Origin: Octopus sinensis
Taxonomy: Eukaryota
Length of the DNA: 64,000 bases
Reading direction: 5' to 3'
NCBI RefSeq assembly: GCF_006345805.1
Contig: NC_043000.1
Location: 39,742,001-39,806,000 of the forward strand
Shown: piece by piece, positions 22,245-35,256 of the stretch
Numbering within the stretch: the stretch's first letter is position 1
Layout: every line of letters begins with the position of its first letter
Notes under the pieces: model-generated
The model's input: only the letters and a program-made list of their open reading frames with translations
The model's database searches: none
Told to the model about the DNA's origin: nothing
Made by a program: the position numbers and the translations under genes

Positions 22245-25200
22245 ACAGAAACAAAAATTCCCACTCCTCTATCTGTGGTGCCCGCCCCCAAACACGACAC
22301 CCAAACCCCCAGACCATGCTTACACCAGTCCCGACAACGTCAAAAACACTCACCCCCTCTAAAGTGGCACCAGAACATGTAACTCCCCCGGACGACACCA
22401 TGGAGGTGGTTGAGGGGGAGTTCACAGCAAAAAAAAAACGAAAAAGGAAGCACCACACCATAAAAACAAAAGAAACGAACCCGTCCCCTTGTCCCACAAA
22501 GAAAAAAAGGAAAACACGAAAGAGTACGAACAGAAAATCCTGGTAAAATACGACACCAGAGACAAATACATTGAGGACATTGTAATAGACCACAACCCCA
22601 CCACGCTGTTTGAACAGCACAAGGACTTAAGATAAAGATGTGCCTGGATATGGGAAGGCCTTTACAGGCAACTGAAGGTCAGGCGTCCAAAGACCATCAG
22701 GAGTATCCTGGACTTTCCAGGATATTTGAAGAAGGGCGAGGCGGAGGCGGAGTAAAGTGCTGCCTCATGTGTTGTGAGGTCAGCCCTAACATCACTAGTG
22801 AGGGGTAAGTAGAACCCTTGTATTTTTTTCCTTGTTTTGGCTACACTTAATCTTGGGTGTCTGAATGTGCGTGGTCTGAGCTCGAAATGTAAGCAAGCTT
22901 GTTTCCTCGACGGCCAGAATAGAAGGGCAGCTATTTAAGGACCTAGAAGAGGCGATGAGATTGGATTCTGCATCACATGTCTTGGCAGCGACAACAGCCT
23001 TGGACCGTCACCTCAAAGCCAAACATAAGGGGTGCAGAATTTGGGCTAAAGTGCACGCATTGGGCCGTGAGGGAATTAATGTTGCCGGATGGGCCCGTAC
23101 AGTACAAACCCAGCGTGACAACGATGTCACAATTAGGTCTCTCGTTGATGACAATGGGTGTTCGGTCGACGGACAAGACGAGATGTGTGAGGTGCTTCAC
23201 AGGGCGGGGTGCTTGATCATGGTGAGGCCCTTAGGGACTTCCTGTCTGGTGGCTCGCGTCTCTCGGCACGGGAGGCGGAGTGCTGTGAAGGGACAATTAC
23301 AGCCGAGGAAGTGATCGAGGTACTGGGCGAATGCCCCGGGGAGAAGTCGCCGGGGCTCTGCCTTATGAATTTTACAAAAGTATGCCAGACTTGTTCGGAC
23401 ACCTGCTGGCCAGCGTCTACGCCAATTGGCAGCAGAATGGGAGAATTCCTAAGTCTGCGAGCTGTGGGGTGGTGACGTTGATTAGGAAGGACCCGAGCAA
23501 GGGGGATAAATTAGGGAATTTCAAGCCCATAACTCTGCTGAACACAGAATTAAAGATTTTGGCCAAGGTGCTAGCGAAAAGGTTGGCGCGGGTTATAGAC
23601 AGACTTGTAGGGGAAGCGCAAACGTGTGCTATCCCGGGCAGGACGATCCACGACAATCTCCACCTTGTACGGTACTCTTTAGAGAGGGTGGGGAAGCTTT
23701 CTGGCGCGGGGGGGGGGCACTGATACAATTAGACCAGTCTAAGGCATTCGATAGGGTCGACCATCGGTACTTGGCGGCGGTCCTCGAGAAGGCTGGCCTG
23801 GGCCCGACCTTCCGCGATTGGATTGCTGCGTTGTACAGCGACATCGAGTCCGTCGTAAAAGTGAATGGTTTCCTTTCGAAGCCATTCAGAATCGAGCGCT
23901 CAGTGCGTAAGGGGTGTCCCCTGTCTCCGCTTTTATATGTGTTGGCTCTCGAACCATTCTTGCGGATGTTGGAGACACTAGGAGGCGCACCGCGTTCTCT
24001 ATGGTGTGTCATCATATGCGGATGACATCTCCATCACCATGGCGGATGAGAGCCAGCTTCCAGTGGAAGAGGCTGTCAAAAGTTACGAGGCGATGGCAGG
24101 AGCAAAGGTTATCAAAGACAAGTCGGTCGGTTTGCAACTTGGCACTTGGAGGGGCAAGCCGATACCGTCCAATAACGTCGTGGGGAGTTGGACGGAAGGT
24201 CCTGTTAAACAGCTCGGAGTCTGGTTCGGGCCAGACCTCCAGATAGAGAAAAATTGGAGTTAGGTGGCCAGCAAGGTGACTGCTCTAACCCAGACCTGGT
24301 CTGGGCGGGCGTTGTCCTTCCTGGGAAAGGCGGAGGTGGTGCAGATGTTTATAGCGTCGGTTATCACCTACCGTCTGACCGTGGTTCCTTGCCCCGATTT
24401 TTGGCTGAACAAGTTGGAGAGAATCTTTTTCCGCTTTTTGTGGAAATGAGGAAAGCCACTTGTGAAGCGCTCTGTCTGCTACCAAAAACCGCTAAAGGGT
24501 GGGCTAGGGAAGCCTTGGCTGAGGATCCGAAAACTCGCGTTAAGGTTGAGGCACCTCTGGCTTTACCTGGATGGAGAGCAGGTGTGGTCACCGCACGTCC
24601 AGTTCTACCTTCCAGAGTTAACGTCCTTACCGGATATGGTAACTGGATCAAGCAGAGACCTAGGCTGAGGGACTGGCAATTGGAGTGCTGCCAGGCACTT
24701 CAGCTACTCTCTCGGGTGGGCAATGCCGGCAATAGGAGCTCCATCTCGGATTTTTATAGTGGGTTAGTGGAAATTATGTCCGAATACACCTTGGGGGAGA
24801 CTCTGGGCTACGATGAAAATCAGTTGATCGACTTGTTCAGGAGAACTTTCGGGCCGGGGTACCTGGATAATTACCAGAAATCCCTGGATTGGCAGTGCTT
24901 CCGTGTGGCATTACCTGTTCGTGATAAACTCAAGGCACGGAAGTGCCGTCTCGCCGACATGTCCGAGGTGCGGGCGGGACAAGAAAACCGTCTTGCACGC
25001 ATTTGTAGAATGTCCGGAATTAACGGGACTGATAGCTTTCACAGAACAACTGTTGTCATCGATGGGAAGAGTACAGCTATCAGCTGAGTCTATCATCGAG
25101 ATTGTGCCGCCTCCTTCCTTTAACAGGGAAAGGAAGGAGGGCTTTTTCTGCGTAGTAGCCATACTAAAAGAAACAGTATGGAAAACGCGTGTGAGAGGCA

Positions 25201-25639
25201 TAGTCACGGGTACCTTTGTATTCGGCCAGGGGTTGGTTAACTATTTTAGTTACCACCTCAGTTGTAAGATCAGGCTGGAGAAGAGGCACCCGTCACGAGA
25301 TAGATTCATGAAAAGATGGAAGCCTGTGGCAACGAAGTTGGGAGCAATTGGCACCAGGTAAATAGAGTCCAAAAAAAAAAAGAAAAAAAAAGAGGAAAGA
25401 TAAAGAGAAAGCAAGGATTCTACCCTGGTGATCGGATGCCTTTCCTTCGGGGATTCGCAATGAGTAACAGGTTATCATGTAATTATTGGTAATTAGTAAT
25501 TTGTAATTTTTAAATTGTATCATAAATTTATCATCATAAATTTTTAAACGTTATAGCAGCTACTACACTTTTTTATGTTTGCCTGTCCTTGTTTGTCCCC
25601 ACTTTGTAATGACTTCATGGCAAATTTTATGAAATAAAG
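22245..25639 (+). mobile_element. Degenerate Tx1/L1-clade element (copy 3)
   Basis: ORF1 C-terminal remnant, then ATLNLGCLNVRGL near 22840, then most of the EN domain deleted near 22910. RT motifs DQSKAFDRVDH, RKGCPLSP and SYADD, then CPRC...HAFVEC and a 3' AATAAAG. The 5' boundary is approximate. Confidence 0.85.
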
Positions 25640-26019
25640 TAGCTTGCATACCAACCACATGGTTCCGGGTTCAGTCCCACTGCGTAGCATCTTAGGCAAG
25701 TGTCTTCTGCTATAGCCTAGGGTCGACCAAAACCTTGCGAGTGAATTTGGTAGACGGAAACTGAAAGAAGCCCGTCGTATATATGTATATATATGTGTGT
25801 GTGTGTGTTGTGTGTGTGTGTCTATGTTTGTCCTCACAATTTCGCTTGACAACCGATGCTGGTGTGTTTACGTCCCCGTAACTTAGCGGTTTGGCAAAAG
25901 AGACAAATAGAATAAGTACTAGGCTTACAAAGAATAAGTCCTGGGGTCGATTTACTCGACTAAAGGCGTTGCTCCAGCATAGCCACAGTCAAATGACTGA
26001 AACAAGTAAAAGAGTAAAA
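25637..26019 (+). mobile_element. SINE lacking its first ~17-19 nt, fused to the 3' end of Tx1 copy 3
   Basis: It starts (AAG)TAGCTTGCATACCAACC, while full copies start GGAGTGGCTGTGTGGTAAGTAGCTTGC. Confidence 0.85.
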
Positions 26020-26315
26020 CAGATTTTAACACAAAAAGGGATCGAATAAGAGTTATTGTTCTTACTCTTGCACTGTTGACACCTCCCACCACATTGTATA
26101 ATGTAGAATGACTCCGCCCATTTTGCTTTCTTTATTAACTCATACCCTTCCTCTATTACTGAATATATATATCGTTCGAGAGCGCAGTCACTCTCTCATT
26201 TTTTCTCACACTGTCTCTTTCTCTGCTCTGTCCCTCTCCGACCTCATGATTTATCCTCCCCCTTTTTTGCTTTCTGTCTTAAACCCCACCCCTTTCGAAA
26301 CAGCATTTCGTTCAA

Positions 26316-26467
<152 letters not shown>

Positions 26468-26626
26468 CGGTCGTGTTATTCTTTGCTCCGCAGTGAAGGA
26501 TTGTTTTTGTGCTGAAAAGTTTGAAAATTTGCTGTTTTGGTCGTCGAGGCCACTTCTTTTCTGCTGTTGCAGCAGAGTTCTGCTGTTCTTTCCTCCCTTG
26601 TTTCAAGAGGGAAGTGACGAAAAGAC

Positions 26627-27670
26627 ATGAATTTACAACCAGTCTCCTCCGAGTCGGAGGAAAACGTTGAAAATTTGTTTGAAGGCATGAAGGCGAAAAT
26701 GCGGGTGGAGGAAGGTAGAAGTAAAGAGACGAAAATGTGGGAGGAGGAAGGTAAAAGTAAAGAGACGTCTCACGCGCTCGTTACAAAAGCAGATGACAAT
26801 ATGTCTAGCGAAGCTACTACACAACAGGAAAAGTCAAAAATAAATTTTGCGAGTGCAGCAACTCGCCCCTGTGAAAACATCGTAATCAACAAAGAAGGAT
26901 TAAAGAAGTACCAAAGTTTATTAAAAAAAGAAGGTGATAATGTGAAGTTGTTCCCTCCCAGTGAATTAATTTACGCGACGGAGAGAAAAACTGTCATATA
27001 CAAGACATATAATGTGAAAAATAAGAAAATTGACTTCGTGCAGAGAGAAGCCATAGAAAAATGTTTGAGGCCGATTGGCAACAAACTACTTATATAACGA
27101 GGGGTAGTCGCTTCGGCACGGTAGAGGTGCGTTTCCCTAGCGAAGAAAAAGCTAGGGAACATTCAACAAGAACGTTGAAGTCGGAAGATGTAGTTCTCCT
27201 ACCATTTTATTTAGGAATGAGAACTTCCAGAATAACGGTCACAGACATTCCTCCCGAAATAGATGTGGACTTTATCATAGCAGCGATTCTCTTAGGCAAA
27301 GAGGAAGAAATTGCCATTCTTCAGTCTAAGAGATATCGCCACATGAACTGGTATGGACAAGACTTAGAGCTTGTGATCCAAGCAAACCCCTCGGACTTGG
27401 AAAAATTACCCAGCTCCCTCACCATTGGAGATAATACCAGCATGATGGTAATAGTCGAGGGGAGAAAGCCTAGGTATTATAAATGTGGCGAGAAAGGCCA
27501 CATAAGGTCGAGCTGCAAGAAGACAGCCAAAGAAAATACTGCAGAGGCAAGCACGACGCCGAAAACAACAACTACACCGCTAGAAATAGCAGCAACGTCG
27601 CGCACCCCAGTTGCCGAAGTTCAGCCGACAACAGGAGAAAACAACAACAACAACGACGACGACGACGACG

Positions 27671-27726
<56 letters not shown>

Positions 27727-28014
27727 AACAACGATGACAACAACAACAACATCCAGGAGTGGGTCACCATAGAACCTTCAAAAAGAAGACGGAAACGGAA
27801 AAATCCACCCTCTTCGGATACACAGGACTATACTCCGACACAGACAAGCACACCCACACCTACAAATACAGTCGCAAACACACGTAACCAAAAAAACATA
27901 CACACTGTAAAAAGCACACACAAACACACACACACCTACCACAAGCACACACACACACCTACAAACACCCACGCTTCTACAAGCACACACACACACCCCT
28001 CCACAATCGCCTAA
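26627..28014 (+). pseudogene. Tx1 ORF1 with one frameshift and a poly-Asn/Asp tract
   Basis: ORFs 26627-27097 and 27061-28014 align to copy-1 ORF1. The knuckle reads YYKCGEKGHIRSSC (first Cys lost). Confidence 0.8.
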
Positions 28015-28365
28015 CAAAAAAAAAGAAACACCTTCACGGCGATAAATAAAAACAATAACCCATTAAGAGGAAAAATTATTTTAATGAAATCGGCGAAAAA
28101 ATATATTGTAACAGATATAAATAGTACTATTTCTGAAAATGTCGAATTTTATACAATAGATAACACTGATTATTTTGAAATAAAAAAATCTTTTGCGAAG
28201 GACGTCGGCCCGTTACAGATGAACTTTTCGAGCCATCTGTACAGGCAATTCGCAAAAACCTGACCTCGCAAAACACAACACTCACAGACAGAAAAGAGGA
28301 GGGTGAAACTACACCCTCTCTTCCGTTAAAACAGTAAGTTTTAAATTTTCGACTAATTTTTCACA

Positions 28366-31149
28366 TTCTCGTTTAAACTCGGTTGTATAAATATTCGCGG
28401 CCTGGGGTCGTATTGGATGCAAGGCTACCTCCTTAACGACCTTAGGTCGCATCGTTTGGATGTAGTGGTAATTACCGAATCCAGACTGAGTGGGCTGCAG
28501 GCCTTTACGCCCCTTCTAAACGGCTACGAGAAATACGTTTCTCCCTGTCGACCTGGAGGGGGCGGAGGAGTGGCAGTGCTGGTCAGGAAAAACCTGGATT
28601 TAGAGATTAGAACTGTCTTTATAGATCCGGAAGGCAGGTTGGTCGTTTTGGATGTGACGCACAGCAGTCGTAAAGTGTTCAGGCTGGTCGCTGTCTATGC
28701 TCCCTGCGAAGGAAAAGCCGGGCAGAAAGAGTATTTCAAAAGCCTAGACCAACATCTCAAAGCTAAACATGAAGGGTGCATTGTCAGGGCTAAGATCCGT
28801 GCAATGAGACAGGAAGGGATCAACGCAGCCGGATGGGCCCGGGTGGTAGAGGGCCAGCGTGGCAACAACTCAACCATTCGTTCCTTGACGGGCCCAAATG
28901 GTCGATTAGTAAACGAACCGAGGAGATGTGCAAGGTGTTTCATGATCATTTCGCCCTGCTATTCGGGAGGAGCGGCGGGCTGGAGCGCGGGGAGAAGCTC
29001 GCAGACTCCTAGCCGGTTCGCCGCGTCTATCGGGGCCGGACGCAGAATCTTGTGAGGCGCCGATCACAGCCAAAGAAGTCGAGGATATGTTGGCAGACTG
29101 CGGCGGGGACAAATCGCCGGGACTCGATGGTCTGCCTTACGAACTCTATAGTAGCATGCCAGACTTGTTTGGGCACCTACTTGCATGCGTGTACACCAAC
29201 AGGCAGCAGAACGGGAGAATTCCTAAGTCTGTGAGCCGAGGGGTGGTAGCGCTGTTAAGAAAGGACCCAAACAAGGGGGATTTAATTGATAATTTTCGGC
29301 CCATCACTCTGCTTAACGCAGAGTTGAAGATCTTGGCCAAGGTCTTAGCAAAAAGGTTGGCGCGGGTCGTGGGTGAACTTGTTGGCGAGGCGCAAACTTG
29401 CGCCATCCCTGGAAGGACCATCCACGACAATCTCCACTTTCTACGCTATGCCTTAGAAAGGGTAAATAGGATTCCTGGCAAGGGTGGGGCTATGGTCCAC
29501 TTGGACCAATCGAAAGCGTTTGATAGGGTGGACCATCAGTATCTGGCGGTGGTCCTCGCGGCGGCTGGCTTCGGCCCGACCTTCCGCGGATGGATCATCG
29601 CTTTATACAGCAACATCGAATCGGTAGTTCGGGTAAATGGTTTCCTTTCGGAGCCGTTCAGCATTGAACGTTCGGTACGTCAAGGGTGTCCTCTCTCCCC
29701 GCTTCTCTACGTTTTGGCCCTCGAGCCGTTGCTGAGGAGGCTGGAAACTATGAGAGGCACTCCGCAAGATCTAGCGTGCGGAAAGTCAGCTTCGGCGTAT
29801 GCGGACGACATCACCGTCATCGTTTCCCGAGTCGAGCACCTACAGTGGGTGGGTGAGGCCTTAAGGGACTACGAAGCGGTGGTAGGAACGAAAGTCAACC
29901 GGGATAAATCGGTCGGCTTGCAACTCGGCACCTGGAGGGGCAAGTCGTTGTCTTCCGACAGCGTCGTAGGACGTTGGACGGAAAGACCGGTGAAAATGCT
30001 TGGAATCTGGTTAGGTCCAGATCTCCAGATAGAGAAGAACTGGAGCGAGGTGGCGAGAAGGGTGGCTCTCCTAACTCAGACATGGTCTGAGCGGAAGCAG
30101 TCCTTGAAAGGGAGGGCGGAGGTTGCAGAGGTGTTTATCGCCTCTGTAATCACTTACCGCCTGACCGTAGTGCCTTGCCCCGATTCGTGGCTGAACAAAC
30201 TGGAACGCATGCTCTTTCGCTTTTTGTGGAGGGGCAGCAGACCTCTTGTAAGGCGCTCTATTTGCTGCCAAAAGCCGCTGAAGGGTGGGTTAGGGATGCC
30301 GTGGCTAAAAATGCGCAGACATGCGCTCAGGCTTAGGCACCTCTGGATTTACCTGGACGGTGAGCAGGTGTGGTCTCCGTTCGTCAAGCTGTTATTTCCA
30401 CAGTTCACATCGTTTAACGAATTGAACCCATGGATCAAGTGTAGACCGAGGTTGGGCATGTGGCATGCAGAGTGCTATCAGGCACTCGTGCTTCTCTCCC
30501 AGTCGGGCAACGCCGGTGGCGGGGGTACTACCTCGTTCTTCTATAGAGGGTTAGTAGAGTTTAAGTGTGACGACGTCCTAGGAGAAACTCTGGGCTTCGA
30601 CGAAAATCAACTGGCCAGCCTGTTCCAAAGAACATTCGGTCCGGGGCCTATGGATAATTACCAAAAGTCCCTGGCCTGGCAATGTTACAGAGGAGCTTTA
30701 CCGGTTCGAGATAAGCTCTTTAGACATGGGTGTGCACCTTCGCCGGTTTGTGCAAGATGTGAGAGGGACAGTGAAACTGTCCTGCACGCGATTGTGCAAT
30801 GCCCCAAGGTGACTGAACTATGGGCTTATGTCGAACACCTGCTGTCGCATTCGAGAAGAGTACAACTGTCGAGCGAATCTGTAATGAAGATAGTTCCGCC
30901 GACCTCCTGAGTAGGGAGGAGCGAGCCTGTTTTCTCTCGGTAGTTGCTATGGCGAAAGAAGTAGTGTGGAAGACGAGAGTAAAAGGAATTGCAACAGGCA
31001 TGTTTATCTCCAGTCTCGAGCTAATCGACTTTTTCGTTTTCCACATGAAACGGAAAATAAGGCTGGAGAAGAAATGCCTGTCGCAAAGTGTGTTTCATAA
31101 AAGATGGAAGTCTATAGCAAGTATGTTGCGAGTGAAAGAACCTGTTTAA
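28366..31149 (+). pseudogene. Tx1 ORF2, C-terminal EN deleted and frameshifted; RT block open (29087-30910)
   Basis: KLGCINIRGL; deletion junction EYFKSL|DQHLKAKH near 28745; HLDQSKAFD, QGCPLSP, AYADD, CARC...HAIVQC. Confidence 0.88.
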
Positions 31150-31366
31150 TCAAGAATGTGAAAAAGGAGAAAGCAAAGACTTCAGTGTGAGTATGTGGTT
31201 TGTGGGGTCAACTGCGTCCTCCGATTCATTTTTTTGTTATTCACTCATTATCGTTTAATTGTATATATTTTAATTGTTTGTTTATTCATATGTTTCGTCT
31301 CATTCGATACCCTGGCCCCAACGTTTGTTTTGTCCCCTCTTTTTCTCAACCTTATGGTGAATAAAG

Positions 31367-31412
<46 letters not shown>

Positions 31413-32471
31413 GCACTCACTCACACACTCTCTCTTTCTTTCTCTGCTACCTCATATATTAATATATCCCTCCCCTTCCTTAGGTTTTCTCTCCTTTTTC
31501 TTTCTTTCTCAGCACCCCATACATTATTGTATCCCTCCCCTAGATTTCCCTATCTCTCTTTTTGCTTTCTTTCTCTCTCCCTCTCTATCTCTCTCTCTTC
31601 CTCTGCCACCTAATACATTAATATATCCCTCCCCTTCCTTAGGTTTTCTCTCTCTCGATCATTTTCTTTCTCTTTTATCTCCTCCCCCACCTCCTTATAT
31701 CTTATCCTTTCCCTCTTCCTCTCTTTTTATTTTCCAGATAAATTATATTTTCAGATTTGCCTTAAAATTTCTCTCTCGCTAATTATTTTACCAGAAGCTA
31801 ATTATTTAACTAACGATAAATTACATAATTACTGTGTAGTTCTTAATTGAGGAAATTAAATATTAAGGCATTTACGGACAATTTAAGAAGCATTTATTCA
31901 AAGAATCGTCCTACAAATAGTTTGACATCATGCTAGAAATAACCGCCCACTACACTCAAATTGGCGTTGCTTTTCATACAAAATTGAAAGGCAATTTAAG
32001 AAGCATTTATAAAACTTTTCCTGGATCTGGACAGACTTCTTCCCCGAATTACAAACCAAGTGAAGAAGCCTCTATAAAATGTATTGGTGGTCTGGTATCT
32101 TGCTAGAAATAACAGCCCATCACACTATACTTTACATTGTTTTCACGAAGGACACTTTAAGAAGCTTCTGGAGTCCAATTGAGGATTTAATGTGATGCTA
32201 GAAATAACAGATCCTCAACAATTATTGTATTTGTTTCCATGGTGATTTTCTATTTCATATGCAAGGAATATCGACAGTAAACTGTGACTCTATGCTATAA
32301 AAAGCAGGGAAGAGGTTGGCGTCGAGAAAGGTTATTAAACTACAAACTATAAACACTTTAAAGAATGGAGCCACAATGAATGGATTAATTGTTGCTGGGG
32401 ATAAAAGCTACAAATCAACATAAAGGGAGATAATTAGATTTAACTGACGTAAATATTTCAGGAGAGGAGAT

Positions 32472-32516
32472 ACACATGCGCATTGAACGTGATTCCTACT
32501 TGACGTTGACTTCCGG
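32472..32516 (+). promoter_or_regulatory. Putative ZNF-cassette promoter: NRF1-like plus ETS motif
   Basis: CACATGCGCA...ACTTCCGG, homologous to 42487, 51914 and 57335. Confidence 0.45.
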
Positions 32517-33342
32517 TTAAATGTCCCGTGCGTGAATTTCTCTTAATCAGCTGATAATAACAATAATACGTTTATAATTCTTTTAATGCATTTCTCATCT
32601 ACCACACATACACACATATATAAACAACACTATCCTTTATAAAACATTTGCGTAAGTATTAAACAATGAAAAGATTCAATGTTTTTAATTCTGTAGACTT
32701 TCGGTGTTTGGCGCGTCAATTCGTTTTTCCTCTTCCGTGTCTTATGAACGATAGATGTCTTTGATTGTACAGGATTTGGCTGCTATTTCTTGCTACAAAA
32801 GACATATTCTATTATTTGTGCGATATTTGGTTGATATTACTCGCTATGGAAGTGAGATGTTTATTATTTGTTCGAGCTTTGGCTGCTATTTCTAGCTATG
32901 GAAGTCAGATGTAGCGGAGGTAAAGATCATAGACCGCCCCGCCCCCTTTGCGATTTTTTTTTTTTTTTTACAGGGACACACTGTATCGAGTGCGGAGATT
33001 CCGAACCTGCCAAAAAATCTACATTTCAAAATTTTAATTCCCCACCAAAAAAAAAAAGTATGATAAAAATTCTTTAAAAATGTGTTTTTTGGCGAAATAC
33101 GGAGATTAGATTCTGAAATAAAAATTCTGTGAAATTTCAGTTTTTCAAAAATAAATAAATAAACAGCCTCTCCCTTCCGCCATTTGACAAGAATTGAAAT
33201 TAAAGTGTTTTCTCTCCTAATGTTTCATGACGAACATAAGCCAACATGTTGTGGTTGAGGGTCTTTGGGAATTAAGAGACGGAGGTAAAAATTAGATTTT
33301 TTTGCATATTTTTCCACGTATTTCACCAAAGAAATTTCTTTA

Positions 33343-33551
33343 GGAGTGGCTGTGTGGTAAGTAGCTTGCTTCCCAACCACATGGTTCCGGGTTCAGTCCC
33401 AATGCGTGGCACCTTGGGCATGTCTTCTACTATAGCCTTGGACCGACCGAAGTCTTGTGAGTGGATTTGGTAGACGGAAACTATATATATGTGTGTGTTT
33501 GTTCCCCCAACATCGCTTGACAACCGATGCTGGTGTGTTTACGTCCCCGCA
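33343..33551 (+). mobile_element. SINE, 3'-truncated
   Basis: Head GGAGTGGCTGTGTGGTAAGTAGCTTGC...GGTTCAGTCCC. Confidence 0.85.
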
Positions 33552-34399
33552 ATAGTGATTGTTATGTTTTCCTGCAAATGTGATTGTTTCCATCTTATAT
33601 AAAATACATGTACAGTTTACATATTTTGTTAATGATATTTACGTTTATGTATTGGATGCATTAGTTATAATAACATACATTGTTTACATGAAATTCCAGG
33701 ATGTCATTGCTGTCAACCACAGGTTTCTCTCACAGTATGTTTTTATTTTTTTAGGGGCAATTTACTTTCATTATTTTTTGAGAGTAAACTACATGTTAAC
33801 CCAATTTTCTTCCCCAGTTTCATTTGCAAATGAAACATGTAATTTAAACTTTTTTCCATTCAACACAAACAAAAGAAATTAATGAATCTAAAAATAACAA
33901 TGGAACCATGATTACCCTGTATTTATTATTTTCTTTTTACCCTGTAATCATAATTACAGAGTAAATATTGTTCCACTATTGTTTTTAGATTCAATTATTT
34001 TTTTTCTGTCAGATAAAGACTGAAAAAAAAAGTTATGTTTCTGATCTACTAGAAATAACAGCACAATTCCCTTCAATTTTCCCTTCTAGTCATGAATATT
34101 GAAGACTGTATTGGATTATGTAGTTATAGCTATAGAATGTTAGAGAAATAGACAGGATGTTCATGGATGGAATGTCTATAATCACATGTCTGCTCCTGTC
34201 AGAACTGACCTGGATCTAAACAACAATGTCAAGTTATATTTCTGGAGAAAGACTAATGTTAGTGTCCGCCATTCTGTAATTTTATTTTAAAACTGTTACA
34301 CAATGTGAAGGTGTCGGTGTAGTTTACAAATATCTAAGCTTCACACAAGATTCTATGATGTAAATTTTAATAAATTAAAATGTTAAGTTCATCACCCTT

Positions 34400-34790
34400 T
34401 AATGTCTGTTGTCCATGCTGGCATGGGTTCGGTGGTTTGAGTAGGGCTGGCAAATTGCAGCACACTCCAGTCTGATTTCTTATGGTTTTTACAGCTAGAT
34501 GCCCTTCCTAGTGCCAACCACTTCTCAGTGCACAGAGTGTGTTTTTACATGGCACTACAGATCTGCTTTTATGAGCAACGGTCACAAATGCTTTTGGCCA
34601 CCAGTGGGATGAGTCTGCTGTGGAGTATAGGACTTCTTGAGTATGGCGAGATACCAAGCATCTTGGTCTTTATCTTATCACCTGAAGGGTTAGCATCCTG
34701 AGTTTGCGCATCAGCAATTCTTACTATGTCTTCCACTTCTTCCATCTTCTTTGAGAGATTGGCACTTCTTTATGGAACTGTTGGCATCCA
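34400..34790 (-). mobile_element. RTE-like LINE 3' remnant shared by the paralogous cassettes
   Basis: Homologous to 40370-40790 and 58805-59165. The last translates on the minus strand to GTPKKTWDGVLMSKIRMLNLSGDMTK, resembling the RTE C-terminal GRPxKTW motif. Confidence 0.55.
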
Positions 34791-34804
34791 ACTGAGTTGT
34801 CAAG

Positions 34805-34886
34805 GTAAATGTTTATTTCCATAAAATTGAATCTGTATTTTTTAAGTAGCCTCTACATTTTACACTTTTGTTCTCTATAATTTCAG
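34805..34886 (+). other. Predicted short 5'-UTR intron (82 nt)
   Basis: Donor AAG|GTAAAT and acceptor CTATAATTTCAG|AACATC. The same pair bounds 40797-40892, 46442-46537 and 59174-59270. Confidence 0.65.
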
Positions 34887-35256
34887 AACATCAGATGACA
34901 GAAGAAGAATCCTCAATATCTACCATGTTTTAAAGATTAAAGGAAAATATTATATAAAACAAATGAATAACATTGTTTCTACAAATCTGTTGAAGAATTC
35001 CTGTGAAACATTTGCCCTGAAATATTAATATTAACCAAATTTTTGAACGTCAATGACTGGAGTGTCAAGAAGTGAAGCCTGTGTTCTGATTGAAGTTGGA
35101 TAAATTTATGAAAGTGTTGCTAAACAAAGATAACACTGGACAGAAATACAGTAGTAGAAGTGTATATAAGGAATAAAGTATAAAAACGAAAGCCAGAAAA
35201 ATATATTAACTGGGATTTGAGAGGAAAAGTAAGAGAAATTGATTTCCCATGAACAC

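Noticed and set aside
34887-35256. KRAB/BTB/ZAD effector domain upstream of the fingers
   Set aside because: No long open frame joins the leader to the finger ORF, and no such motif is seen.
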